A stretch of DNA of 64,000 bases, taken from positions 2,201-66,200 of the forward strand of contig JAKAME010000001.1 of the NCBI GenBank assembly GCA_021813025.1. Reading direction: 5' to 3'. Below the pieces are notes generated by a model. The model saw nothing but the letters and a program-made list of their open reading frames with translations. It was not told the DNA's origin and searched no databases. The stretch comes from Candidatus Micrarchaeota archaeon. Lineage in GTDB: Archaea; Micrarchaeota; Micrarchaeia; Anstonellales; Anstonellaceae. Of this stretch, positions 9,975-19,730 are shown in pieces (positions within the stretch are counted from its first letter, which is position 1; each line of letters begins with the position of its first letter). The position numbers and the translations under genes are program-made.

Positions 9975-11240
9975 ATGGCCATCTCCATCGAAACCGCCGC
10001 CTTGGCGAATTTCTTCGTCGCGGTGCTGATGCTGCTCTTTTCGTCCCACTTCTTCGGATACCTCTTGGGGCGCTTTTCAATTCCGCGCGTGGTGGGAGAG
10101 ATTTTCGGGGGGCTGGTGCTCGGACCCACCCTGCTGGGCCACTTCTTTCCCCAAACCTATGCCGCCATCTTCCTAGACCAAGGGTTGCTGCTGGCCGGCC
10201 TGTATTGGATAGGGCTTGTGCTGCTGATGTTCATCTCGGGCTTTGAGCTCGCGCCCGGAGTCGAGAGTAAAGACAGGCGCACCATAGCCGCCCTTGTGCT
10301 CGGCACCACCACCATCCCCCTCCTGTGCGGCTGGGCCTTGACCTCGTTCTTTGACCTGGGGGCCTGGATGGGCCCGGCACAGAACGAGCTGGCGCTCAAG
10401 CTCGTCGTCACAGTGGCGCTCGCAGTCACGTCGATTCCGGTCATCTCCAAGATTTTCCTGGATTTGGGCGTCATCCAAACGCGCTTTGCCAAAATCGTGC
10501 TGGCGACCGCCACTATCCATGACATCATCCTATGGGTCTTCGTTTCGGTGGCCACCGGCCTGGTCGCCGCGCAGGCCCTGTCGCTGGCCGGCATTGCATC
10601 CTACGTGCTGGTGACCGTCCTGTTCTTCATGGCGGCCCTGCTCCTCATGCCCCGGATTTTCAAACTCGTTTCGGAGAGGAAACCCCACCTGATTCCCGAC
10701 AGCTATGAGTCCGCGTTCATGGTCCTCATCCTGCTGCTGTTCACGGCCGTAGCTGGCGGGCTGCAGGTCAATCTGGTGTTCGGCGCGCTGCTGGCCGGCG
10801 TGGTGGTCAATTCCATCCAAAGCCGGCGGTTTGAGGACGCCAAGCGCCACGTGAAGGAGTTCTCGATGGCGTTCTTTGTTCCAATCTATTTCGGGGTGGT
10901 CGGCCTGAAGCTCGACCTCTTGCGCCATCTCGACCCGGTCTCCGTCCTGACCTTCATCGCGTTTGCGATGGCGGTGCAGACCGCCGCCGTGCTGCTGACC
11001 ACGCGCCTGCTCAGGTATGACTGGCGTTCCGGCTTCAACTTGGCCATGGCACTTAACAACCGGGGCGGACCCTGCATCGTGCTGGCGACGCTGGCGCTGG
11101 ATGTCGGCATCATCAGCGGGGCCTTTTTCACCGCCTTGGTGCTGCTGGCCATCTTCACCTCCATGACCGCCGGGCTGTGGCTGAAATACGTGCTGGAGAG
11201 AAAGTGGCCCCTGCTGCAAGGCGAGCAGGCAGATGGATGA
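9975..11240 (+). CDS. cation:proton antiporter (CPA2/KefB-like)
   Basis: about 12 hydrophobic segments; PRVVGEIFGGLVLGP, TSIPV, ATIHD, FFVPIYF and NNRG motifs. Confidence 0.85.
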   Translation: MAISIETAALANFFVAVLMLLFSSHFFGYLLGRFSIPRVVGEIFGGLVLGPTLLGHFFPQTYAAIFLDQGLLLAGLYWIGLVLLMFISGFELAPGVESKDRRTIAALVLGTTTIPLLCGWALTSFFDLGAWMGPAQNELALKLVVTVALAVTSIPVISKIFLDLGVIQTRFAKIVLATATIHDIILWVFVSVATGLVAAQALSLAGIASYVLVTVLFFMAALLLMPRIFKLVSERKPHLIPDSYESAFMVLILLLFTAVAGGLQVNLVFGALLAGVVVNSIQSRRFEDAKRHVKEFSMAFFVPIYFGVVGLKLDLLRHLDPVSVLTFIAFAMAVQTAAVLLTTRLLRYDWRSGFNLAMALNNRGGPCIVLATLALDVGIISGAFFTALVLLAIFTSMTAGLWLKYVLERKWPLLQGEQADG

Positions 11241-11273
11241 GCGGATGGCCTGCCGCCGCCCGCTTGGACCGGC

Positions 11274-12269
11274 TCAAACCTTGACCATGAGCCCGCTGCG
11301 GGCCGATGACTTTTTGGCAGCATCCGCTATTTGCACGTCAGACAGGCCGTCGGCGAGGGGGCAGGCGGATTTCTCCTTGCCGTCCAGCACCCGGATGAAA
11401 TGCTCCATCTCGCGCACATACATCCGGTTGCGGTCTTCATGGAGGTCCTGCTCCTGCGCGGCGACCAGGCCTGTGCGAACAACGGCTTTCCCGCTTATGA
11501 AATCGTACGCTGCCGCCCCTTCGGTTCCAATCGCCTTCACCCAGCGGGCCGGCAGGCGGCTGAGATAATCCAGGTGGACGGCCGAGCGGGCGCCGCCCGC
11601 GTGCATGAGCACCACGTCAGCCGTGTCCTCTGTTTCGATTCCCAAGCCCCCGCAGGTGCCGCAGAGGCAGGAGACGCCCGAAACCCGGCCTGCGAGGGCG
11701 CGAACATAGTCGATTTCGTGTATGCCGTCCAGCAGTATGCCGCCGCCAGTGGCCTTTTTGGCCGCGTAATTCTTCAGATAGTCGGTGCCCGGCCGCCATT
11801 CAGGCAGATAGGAGCTGTTGTGGGCCAGCAGCTGGACGATGCTGCCCAGGCGGCCTGAGCGCACGATGCGCTCGAACTCAATGAAGCCTGCATTGAAGCG
11901 CATGTTGCAGCCCACGAGAGTCTTGAGCCTTCTTTTGGCGGCTGCCTTCAGCACCGGCCCAGCGCCGGCCGAGGACATGAACGCGGGCTTTTCCAGAAAG
12001 AAATCCAAATCATGCGACAGGCACAGCTTCACGTGCTGCATGTGCAGGTGATTCGGCGAGCAGATGAGGGCTGCGTCATAGTTGCCGGCTTTCTCGAATG
12101 CCTTCTCGATGCTTGTGAAGGCCTCTGCCCCGCTTGCCTGCGATATTTGCCTCGCCTTTTCCGGGGAGGGGTTGAACACGCCCCCAAGCGTCTCGCCCAG
12201 CTGCACGAGGTTGCGCGCGTGCCGCTGGCCGATGGAGCCGGCGCCGATGAGAAGAAAGGAATAGGTCAT
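11274..12269 (-). CDS. Gfo/Idh/MocA family oxidoreductase
   Basis: IGAGSIGQRH, CSPNHLH, LEKP and GGGILLDGIHEID motifs. Confidence 0.9.
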   Translation of the reverse strand: MTYSFLLIGAGSIGQRHARNLVQLGETLGGVFNPSPEKARQISQASGAEAFTSIEKAFEKAGNYDAALICSPNHLHMQHVKLCLSHDLDFFLEKPAFMSSAGAGPVLKAAAKRRLKTLVGCNMRFNAGFIEFERIVRSGRLGSIVQLLAHNSSYLPEWRPGTDYLKNYAAKKATGGGILLDGIHEIDYVRALAGRVSGVSCLCGTCGGLGIETEDTADVVLMHAGGARSAVHLDYLSRLPARWVKAIGTEGAAAYDFISGKAVVRTGLVAAQEQDLHEDRNRMYVREMEHFIRVLDGKEKSACPLADGLSDVQIADAAKKSSARSGLMVKV

Positions 12270-12324
12270 GTCGACACATCTCGTTTGGGTTAAATAAGGA
12301 TTTTATAGGGAGGAGATGGGGAGG

Positions 12325-12375
12325 GGGTCAGGAGGAACCTGAAACTGGGGGGAGGGGGAACCCCTCCCCGCGGTT
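12325..12375. repeat. GC-rich structured intergenic element, copy 1
   Basis: Shares GGGTCAGGAGGA, AACTGGGG and GGAGGGG-loop-CCCCTCC-CGCGGTT with 24028-24138. Confidence 0.6.
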
Positions 12376-12418
12376 CGGGCACAAGCTTTATGAGCTTGGG
12401 CCGAACCGGATTTAAACC

Positions 12419-13372
12419 ATGAAAATAGTCATCACCGGCGGGGCGGGCTTCATAGGCTCTCACCTGGCGGAGCGGCTCTGCCCACGGCACGAGGTCGTGG
12501 TCATAGACAACCTCTCAAGCGGCAGCATGGAGAATCTGGCCGGGCTGAAAGGAAGAATCAGGTTCGCTCGGGCGGACATCACCTGCCCCGGCGCGCTGGC
12601 GCCGCATTTCTTGGGGGCTGACGCCGTCCTGCACCTTGCCGCCCTGACTTCGGTGGGCGAGAGCGTGAAAAACCCGCAGCCCACGCTCAAGACAAACGTG
12701 GAGGGCACGCGCAACGTGCTGGAGCAGGCGCGCAAATCCGATGTCGGGCGGGTCGTGCTGGCAAGCTCGGCGAGCGTGTACGGGGACGCCAGCAGGCAGC
12801 CTGTGGCCGAGGACGACCCCCTCGCCCCCATGAGCCCCTATGCCGAGTCAAAGATGGTCAACGAGCTGGACGCGCGGGAATATTTCGAGCGCTACGGGCT
12901 GAAAACCATCTCCCTGCGCTATTTCAACGTCTACGGCCCGCGCCAGAGGCCTGACTCGGACTATGCGCCCGTGATTCCCAAGTTCATTTCCTCCATGACA
13001 AGCGGTCGCCGGCCGGTGATTTACGGCGACGGGCGGCAGAGCCGGGATTTCATTTTCGTCAGGGACGTGGCAGGAGCGAACGAGAAGGCGCTGGCGGCCA
13101 GGAAAGGGTTTGGGGAGGCTTTCAACATCGCGTCAGGAAAAAGCGTCAGCATACTCGAGCTCTACCGCGCCATCGCCCGCGAGATTGGATTTTCCGCCCC
13201 GCCGCGCTTCGGGCCCGCGCGGAAGGGCGACATACGCAAAAGCGAGGCCAGCATCGGCAAGGCCAAGGCGGTGCTGGGCTTCTCGCCCTCCACCGGCCTC
13301 AAGGACGGCCTGAAGGAAACTGCCCGGTGGTTCGCCGGCAGGACGGATGCCGAAAAGAGTGGTTTGGAATGA
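12419..13372 (+). CDS. NAD-dependent epimerase/dehydratase (extended SDR)
   Basis: TGGAGFIGSH, HLAA, ASSASVYG, YAESK and RYFNVYGP motifs. Confidence 0.92.
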   Translation: MKIVITGGAGFIGSHLAERLCPRHEVVVIDNLSSGSMENLAGLKGRIRFARADITCPGALAPHFLGADAVLHLAALTSVGESVKNPQPTLKTNVEGTRNVLEQARKSDVGRVVLASSASVYGDASRQPVAEDDPLAPMSPYAESKMVNELDAREYFERYGLKTISLRYFNVYGPRQRPDSDYAPVIPKFISSMTSGRRPVIYGDGRQSRDFIFVRDVAGANEKALAARKGFGEAFNIASGKSVSILELYRAIAREIGFSAPPRFGPARKGDIRKSEASIGKAKAVLGFSPSTGLKDGLKETARWFAGRTDAEKSGLE

Positions 13373-14379
13373 AAGTCCTCTACTTCGTCCACACGTTCTA
13401 CCCGGAGCTCAACGGCATCTCTATCCACCTGCATTACCTGACGAAAAATCTCGGAGCCAACGTCGAGACGGTCGTCATGCCGGGCAGGGGTTTCGCCATT
13501 CCGGGCTTTTCATCAATGCGCCTCCCGCTCGCCGAGTTTTTCAGCGCGCTGGGCGCGCCCTGCGACCTGGTGCATGTGCACGGCTACAGCTTTTTCAGCG
13601 GCGCGGGCGCTATTCTGGCCCGCCTGCGCGGCAAGCCGCTGGTGTGGACAGTGCATGGAGTGCCAAAATTCAAGGACAGGCGCAAGTGGCTGCTGGCCCT
13701 CTACGATTTTCTCTTCCTTGGCTGGCTAAAGTCGGCGGACGCGATAATATCGGTCAGCCATGACGCGAAAGTGAAGGAGTGGGAGGGGCAGGGCAGGCCG
13801 ATAAATTATCTGCCAAACGGGGTTGACACCGACTTGTTCAGGCCTGCCGGCTCCTACCGACAGGCGAAATACGCGGCCTACTTCGGCCGCCTTGACAAGG
13901 ACAAGGGAGTGGAGGAGATGATGGGGATACGCTCGCTCCCGGTTCTGCTGGTCGGGCCTGACGAGGGCATGCTTGACAAGCTCAGGGCCATGGGCGGGCT
14001 GCAATACCGCTCGGCCCCGCACGAGGAAATGCCCTCCCTCTACAGCCAGTGCCGCTACGTGCTGCTGCCCTCTCGCTATGAGGGCTACCCGCTCACCATG
14101 CTTGAGGCGCTGGCGTGCGAGCGGCCTTTTGTCGCACGGCCTGTAGGCGAGATTCCGCAGGTGATGAAGGAGCTGCTCGGCGGGGACAAATGGCGGAAAT
14201 ACATGATAGGGGATGACGAGCCTCTGGAAGCGCCGCTCGCCCGCCTTGAGAAGGAGAATCTGGAGCCAGAGCTGAAGGCTGCGCGCAGAAAAATAGAGCA
14301 AACCCTATCATGGAGCGCGGCTGCGGCCCGGACTTGTGCCATTTACGAGCAGGTGCTGGGGAAAAGAAGGCAGAAATAG
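13369..14379 (+). CDS. GT4 family glycosyltransferase
   Basis: PNGVD, GRLDKDKG and PSRYEGYPLTMLEALA motifs; ATGA overlap with the epimerase stop. Confidence 0.85.
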   Translation: MKVLYFVHTFYPELNGISIHLHYLTKNLGANVETVVMPGRGFAIPGFSSMRLPLAEFFSALGAPCDLVHVHGYSFFSGAGAILARLRGKPLVWTVHGVPKFKDRRKWLLALYDFLFLGWLKSADAIISVSHDAKVKEWEGQGRPINYLPNGVDTDLFRPAGSYRQAKYAAYFGRLDKDKGVEEMMGIRSLPVLLVGPDEGMLDKLRAMGGLQYRSAPHEEMPSLYSQCRYVLLPSRYEGYPLTMLEALACERPFVARPVGEIPQVMKELLGGDKWRKYMIGDDEPLEAPLARLEKENLEPELKAARRKIEQTLSWSAAAARTCAIYEQVLGKRRQK

Positions 14380-14393
14380 GCTGTTTCCCCATT

Positions 14394-16052
14394 CTATTTC
14401 GTTTCTTCTCCGGCATGCAGGCGCGCGTCCCAGAACACCATGCGGGCCAGCGGCGTCTGCCATGCGCGCGGCACCCCGAATTTGGAAAGTATTTTGCCGA
14501 ACACCGCCCTGTCCTCAGGCTCGAAAAGATGCAGCACGTTGACAAGCACAAGGTAGAGCAGGCTGCCCGCGCCCAAAAACACGCCAAGAACCGCCATCTT
14601 GATTAGCTTGTCCAGCACGCCGCCAAGCAGCGCGGAGTCGGGGATGATTATCGGGAGGTGGACCAGCGGGTCATAGGCCGCCAGCTCGATTAGCATGAGC
14701 ACTGCCAGCACCACGGCGCCCGCAAGCAGGTTTTTCCACGCGCTTTGGGGGAATGAGAAGCCCATGCGCCTGCTCGCGTAGTGGTGGTTGACCAGGCTCA
14801 TCACGCTGAAGGCTGCCAGGCTCGCCACGGCGGCGCCGTTGATGCCATAGGCGGGGATGAGCAGCAGGCAGAGCAGGACGTTGACTGCAGCGCCGCAAAT
14901 CATGGAGTAAAGCTCGATGCGCACCAGGCGCATGCCTGCCAGGGCCGTGCGCTGGATTGCGCCCATCGCGCTGGCGAGGGTGCCAAGGCTGAACAGCACC
15001 AGCACCCAGGCCCCTGCCTCGTAGCTGGCGCCATAGAGCGAGCGCAGGATGGGGGCCGCGAAGGCGCAGACGAAAGCCGCGATGGGAACGGAAGAGAACA
15101 GGGTCCAGCGCAGGGCGGTCTGTGACATGCGCTGCACGCGGGCGCGGTCCTCGCGGCCTATCAGTTCGGATACCACAGGCAGGAAGATGGGCGTGATGGA
15201 GCCTGCGAAAATCAGCACCAGGCCGGCGAAGCTGGAGGCTATGGTGTAGATGGCGATTTGGGGGTTTACGTCGCTGGACAGGTAATAGCCCAGCAGCACC
15301 CGGTCGGTGTAGGCAACGAAGTTGGAGAACAGCACCACGCCCACGATGGTGAGGCCGAAGGGGACCATCTCGCGCGCGATGGGCCAGTATGTTTGGAGCG
15401 GGAAGCGCGGATGCTGGCCCAGCGAGGACAGCGGCTTGAGCAGGGCCCACATCAGGTAGAAGCAGGGGATGACGAAGGAGAGCATGTAGGTGATGGAGAG
15501 CGAGCGGGCGTCCACGCCAAGGGTGAAGATGAGGGAGAGCAGCAGGAGGATTTTGAGCACGTTCTGCGCGCTGTAGCCCACAGAGTATGCGTGCAGCTGC
15601 TTGAAGGCGACCAGCAGGCTGAGCAAAATGTTGAATGCGGCGTAAATCGAGAGCTGGATGGCGAGCAGCTGCATCACGGGCCCGAGGCCGGGGTTGTGGA
15701 AGAAGGCGGCGAAGGCGTCCGCCAAGAGGAAAGTGGCTACGCTGCAGAGGGCCAGCAGCGCGGTGCCGGCCGTGACTGAGAAGCGGATGACCTGCTCGGC
15801 GACTGCCTTCTCCTTGCGGCCCAGATGGTAGGGGATGTAGCGCTGAATGGCGGTGGAAAGGCCGAAATCCGCGAAAATGCCCATGATGCCCACGATGCTG
15901 AGGCCGAAATAGAACAGCCCGACCTGCTCCTGCGCGGCGAGGCGGGCTACGAGTATGGTGTAGACAAAAGAGCAGAGCTTGACTATTATGCTGGAGAGGT
16001 TCTGCCACATCGTGCCCTTGGCCATTACGGCCGTCTCCTCGTCAAGCTCCAT
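14394..16052 (-). CDS. oligosaccharide flippase (Wzx/MOP superfamily)
   Basis: 12-14 TM segments; DFGLSTAIQRY, TDRVLLG, IYTIA and YGINGAAVAS motifs. Confidence 0.88.
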   Translation of the reverse strand: MELDEETAVMAKGTMWQNLSSIIVKLCSFVYTILVARLAAQEQVGLFYFGLSIVGIMGIFADFGLSTAIQRYIPYHLGRKEKAVAEQVIRFSVTAGTALLALCSVATFLLADAFAAFFHNPGLGPVMQLLAIQLSIYAAFNILLSLLVAFKQLHAYSVGYSAQNVLKILLLLSLIFTLGVDARSLSITYMLSFVIPCFYLMWALLKPLSSLGQHPRFPLQTYWPIAREMVPFGLTIVGVVLFSNFVAYTDRVLLGYYLSSDVNPQIAIYTIASSFAGLVLIFAGSITPIFLPVVSELIGREDRARVQRMSQTALRWTLFSSVPIAAFVCAFAAPILRSLYGASYEAGAWVLVLFSLGTLASAMGAIQRTALAGMRLVRIELYSMICGAAVNVLLCLLLIPAYGINGAAVASLAAFSVMSLVNHHYASRRMGFSFPQSAWKNLLAGAVVLAVLMLIELAAYDPLVHLPIIIPDSALLGGVLDKLIKMAVLGVFLGAGSLLYLVLVNVLHLFEPEDRAVFGKILSKFGVPRAWQTPLARMVFWDARLHAGEETK

Positions 16053-16111
16053 AGCAAACCAAAGGGGCATAGCACGGCGACCTTTTAATAATCAAATCAC
16101 ATGATTCGGCC

Positions 16112-16660
16112 ATGAAGCTCCGCCTCTCTCCCACCCTCTCCTACCTCATAGGCCTGTGGAAGCACTGCCGCACGCGCGAGGGCATCGGCATAGTGGGAAA
16201 CGAAGCCATGCGCACGGCCTTCCTCTCCAAAGTGATTGAGGCCGGGCTCACTCCGGCCGACAAGGTTGTGGTGGAGGACAATGCAACCTATTTCCACCAC
16301 ACCGCCTACCGCGCGTTTTTTGAGGAAGTGCTGAAAGAGGAAACCGAGCGCTTCTGCCATGCGAATGATTTTTCCGCCGCATTCCTGGCCGGCCTCTATG
16401 ACGCCAACGGCGGGACGGAGAAGGGCAAGCTGTATTTGGGCAGATGGGACCAGCATGACGAGATGGTGCTGCTTAGGCTCAACTTCATGGCTGCAAAGGC
16501 TGGCGGGAGGCTCTGGGTGGGGCCTGCGGACGTGTTTTTGAAATTCACAAAGGAGTGGAGACAGGTGGACAGGCCGAGTGTGAGGGTGGAGAGGACGGAC
16601 AGGCGGGGCGAGAGGGGGCGAGGATTGGATAAAGAAGAAGGCTCTAAATATCCAGAATAG
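16112..16660 (+). CDS. standalone degenerate LAGLIDADG-like protein
   Basis: AFLAGLYDANGG resembles a LAGLIDADG helix; degenerate first copy LSYLIGLW. Confidence 0.5.
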   Translation: MKLRLSPTLSYLIGLWKHCRTREGIGIVGNEAMRTAFLSKVIEAGLTPADKVVVEDNATYFHHTAYRAFFEEVLKEETERFCHANDFSAAFLAGLYDANGGTEKGKLYLGRWDQHDEMVLLRLNFMAAKAGGRLWVGPADVFLKFTKEWRQVDRPSVRVERTDRRGERGRGLDKEEGSKYPE

Positions 16661-16770
16661 GCCGGATAGATGCGCCATCCACAGGTGTGGTAATAATACA
16701 AACGATATGTTTATATATCGCTTTGGGCAGAATAATAGACGGTGAGATTCATGACTTCCCCATGGACGCT

Positions 16771-17404
16771 GATGCAAAAACCACAGATGCCACCGCGAAA
16801 TCCACAAATGGCAATGGCGCAACGACCGAATGAATTGGTTCTTAGACAAAGTCGAGTTTTAACAAGACAAAATCCATTTTTAACAACCTTGGAAGGGCAC
16901 ATGAAACAAGAGGCAGGCCTGAAATTGGACTTAATACGTCAAAAGCTCTTACGTGGCGAATTTCATGATTACTTAGAAGTGCAAGCAACGACTCTGAGAT
17001 GGATAGAAGATTTAGATATGAACTTTAGAGGGATGGCGGTAGGACACGTAGCCGCCGACATTGCCAACAAATTTGCGCCTGACAGAACACAAATAATTGG
17101 TGACGAACTGAGGGTCATTGTAAAGAGAAACGCCCGCGGCTATACGCTGGATGAGGTTGCAAGGGAGTCTGCAAAACTTGGCAGGCAGCTTAAGCAGATA
17201 AAAATTGAAAAGGGCGCCAGTGTCAAATACGGGCTGTATTATGTTTTAGCCAAAAAGATTGACCAGCAAATGAGAAAGCGCACGAAAGAAAACATCTCCA
17301 GAGCACTAACAGGCATTAAGGAACTCGACAGCCTCATCGAGGATATTGAAAAGAAAATTGACGGCCTGTACATGCTTCCGAAAAGCGAGGGTTTGATTAA
17401 ATAA
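16771..17404 (+). CDS. hypothetical protein (lower GC; start uncertain, alternative 16901)
   Basis: ORF downstream of a TTTATATA box; no recognisable motif. Confidence 0.55.
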
Positions 17405-17497
17405 CGCGCAAAAACAAATGCGCGTATTTTATTTATTGCATAGCGGGAGCCATGAGCGGCCACAGCACCAGAACCGATGATATGGGCAGCACGATTT

Positions 17498-19063
17498 CTA
17501 CTTTGTCACAATGAGCTGCGCATTCTTGCCCAGAAGCAGCACAAGCTCGCCCGGCTGGCCGCCCGGCACGGGATTTGACTTCACCCAATAGTCCACCATC
17601 GCGTCGCGCAAAGAGAGCAAGTCTCCGGGCTTGATGCCGTCCGCGCGCGGGGGCTGCACGTAAAGAGGCAGCTGGTGCTTGCCGTCTGAGAGAAGCAGGC
17701 GGTTGTAGGCCAGCAGCTTCTTGCCGTGCGGCACGGATACCACCATGTTGTCCAGAACTTCGAGCGGCAGGGTGGAGAGTTTCTTCAAGCCCGGCTTGAG
17801 GCCGGAGAGGTTCTCGATTCCCTCCTGGTGCGTGCGCTTGACAGCTATTTCAAAGGCAAGCTCGATGTCGGATTTTGCCTCCTTCATGAGCCTCTCCTTC
17901 TCCTTCTTTATTTCCGAGGCCTTGATGCCGGGCGTGAGCGCAATCGCATAGGCGAGCTTGTAGTAGTAGAGCGCGTGCCTCGGCATCTTCACGCCCTCCT
18001 CGTCCATTGACTGCGGCTCGGCAGGCTCCTCTGCCAGCATGGAAGGGATTGCGGCAGTCGGCGAGGGGGCTTTGGGCTGGAGGTATTCGGGGATGGGGAA
18101 ATTGGTGGCTTCCTCCATGCGGGATTGCATTGAAGGGGAGGAAGAGGAAAGGGACGGCTGGCGGGATGAGCCGGCCTCTGCCTGGCCAGAATAACCCGCG
18201 TGCGCGCCCCTCATTCGCCGCAATTCTTCCGGCGAGCGCAAATGCGCAGGCACGCCCACGTCTGCTTCGGCCTGCTCAAGCATGCTGGAGCGCGCAGCGC
18301 GGATGGCTTCCATGCCCGCCATCGGGTCGCGGGCGGGAATGGGAACCGATGCGGGAACAGCATCAGAGGAGTCGTCATCTCCTGCATCTTCCCCCTCAGC
18401 CTGCATCCGCGCAGCTTCCTCGGCCTGGGCAGCCCTGGCGCTCTCGGCCTGCTGGGCCCTTGCAGTTGCTTTCTCCTCGTCGCTCAGGTGCGCAGTAGCA
18501 ACCTGCTCGAAAGAGGGGCGTGAAGTGGAATGGCCTGCCTCGGCCGGGCGGGAGGCCGGAGTTTGGGAGGGCGCAGCCCCGCCGGGCGCGCCGGGCATCC
18601 ATGAAAACAGCTTCTCGATAGAGGGCAGAAGCCTGTCTCGCGCCGCCTTGTTTTTGGAGAAAAGGCGCTCAAGGGATGGAAGGAGCTTCTGGCGCGCCTC
18701 GGCCATGTCCGCGGGCGGAGGCTTGCCCTCCTGCCTTGCCTCGAAAATCTTCTCAAGGCTCACCAGAGCCTCCCTCTCCTCGCCCTTGAAGCTGTCAAGG
18801 GCTGCGCGCGCCATCTCCTGCACGCCAGGGTCCTTGTCTGCCCCCAATTCGAGCAGGGCGAACACCGCGCGCGGGTCGTCCAGCCCGGCCAGCTCCTGCG
18901 CCGCCCGGCGGCGCACGTCTGGGTTGGAATCATAGGTAAGGGAAACAAGCTTGTCTATACGGGCGCTCTCGTCCTGCGCGGGCGGAGGGGCGGGGGGGAG
19001 GTGGGACTGGCCTGCAGAGGCTGCGGCGCTGCCCTTTGTGCCTTTGCGCTCGCTCATGGCCAT
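17498..19063 (-). CDS. HEAT-repeat protein with disordered linker and C-terminal OB-fold-like domain
   Basis: DSNPDVRRRAAQELAGLDDPRAVFALLELGADKDPGVQEMARAAL HEAT pair; C-terminus resembles RPA/SSB OB fold. Confidence 0.7.
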   Translation of the reverse strand: MAMSERKGTKGSAAASAGQSHLPPAPPPAQDESARIDKLVSLTYDSNPDVRRRAAQELAGLDDPRAVFALLELGADKDPGVQEMARAALDSFKGEEREALVSLEKIFEARQEGKPPPADMAEARQKLLPSLERLFSKNKAARDRLLPSIEKLFSWMPGAPGGAAPSQTPASRPAEAGHSTSRPSFEQVATAHLSDEEKATARAQQAESARAAQAEEAARMQAEGEDAGDDDSSDAVPASVPIPARDPMAGMEAIRAARSSMLEQAEADVGVPAHLRSPEELRRMRGAHAGYSGQAEAGSSRQPSLSSSSPSMQSRMEEATNFPIPEYLQPKAPSPTAAIPSMLAEEPAEPQSMDEEGVKMPRHALYYYKLAYAIALTPGIKASEIKKEKERLMKEAKSDIELAFEIAVKRTHQEGIENLSGLKPGLKKLSTLPLEVLDNMVVSVPHGKKLLAYNRLLLSDGKHQLPLYVQPPRADGIKPGDLLSLRDAMVDYWVKSNPVPGGQPGELVLLLGKNAQLIVTK

Positions 19064-19199
19064 CCCTCGCTATAGGAGGGGGCAGAGGCAGCCAAACCTT
19101 AAAAGACGCTTCCAGACGACGAAGAGGCTTTGCGGGGTGGGCGTCGCTAGTATATTTTTATACAAAAATGTTTATATTTAGAAAGCGGAGCAGGAGTAG

Positions 19200-19565
19200 T
19201 TGGTGATGATTGTGAACAGTTTCATGCCCAGAAAAATCCCGCAGCCCGCCATATTCGTGGTGCTCAACAGCCAAAAGCGCGAGGAGAAGGCGAGGGAAAA
19301 AGCGCCTGACTCCAACTCCTCGTTCGGGGGCTATCGGCAGTTCGCGTTCAAGCGGGGCGAGGGGCTCGGCAGCGAGCTGATGGGGCGGCAAAAAAATCCC
19401 ATGACAAAGTCGGAGCAGAATGAAACGCCCAAGGACAAGACGCCGGCCAAAAGCGAGGAGACGGCCAAAAGGCCGGCCAATGTTGAAAAGGAAAAACACA
19501 GATTTGATTATGGCCCGGAGGTGCAGCCTGGAGGATTCAGAATACCGCCCGGGACATACTGCTGA
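19200..19565 (+). CDS. hypothetical basic protein
   Basis: ORF after an AT-rich TATA-like region and AGGAG; ends just before tRNA-Ala. Confidence 0.4.
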   Translation: MVMIVNSFMPRKIPQPAIFVVLNSQKREEKAREKAPDSNSSFGGYRQFAFKRGEGLGSELMGRQKNPMTKSEQNETPKDKTPAKSEETAKRPANVEKEKHRFDYGPEVQPGGFRIPPGTYC

Positions 19566-19566
19566 T

Positions 19567-19638
19567 TGGACTCGGAGGGATTTGAACCCTCGACCTTTCC
19601 GTTGCAAACGGAACGCGCTACCGCTGCGCCACGAGCCC
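19567..19638 (-). tRNA. tRNA-Ala(UGC)
   Basis: GGGCTCG/CGAGTCC acceptor with G3:U70, anticodon arm TTCCG-TT-TGC-AA-CGGAA, GGTTCAAATCC T-loop; CCA not encoded. Confidence 0.95.
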
Positions 19639-19730
19639 GCATTAAAATTGGCGCATTTGGGGCTAATAAACAATATGGACGGAAATCCGCCCCCCTCGCC
19701 CATAAAAAGAACTGGGCCTCAGAAAAAGGC

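Noticed and set aside
16703..16720. Inverted repeat CGATAT-N6-ATATCG over a TATA box
   Set aside because: Single copy with short AT-rich arms; not enough to call an operator.
19566..19730. ORF-track N-terminal extension of the DHH protein
   Set aside because: It overlaps tRNA-Ala on the opposite strand; ATG 19731 is the more plausible start.
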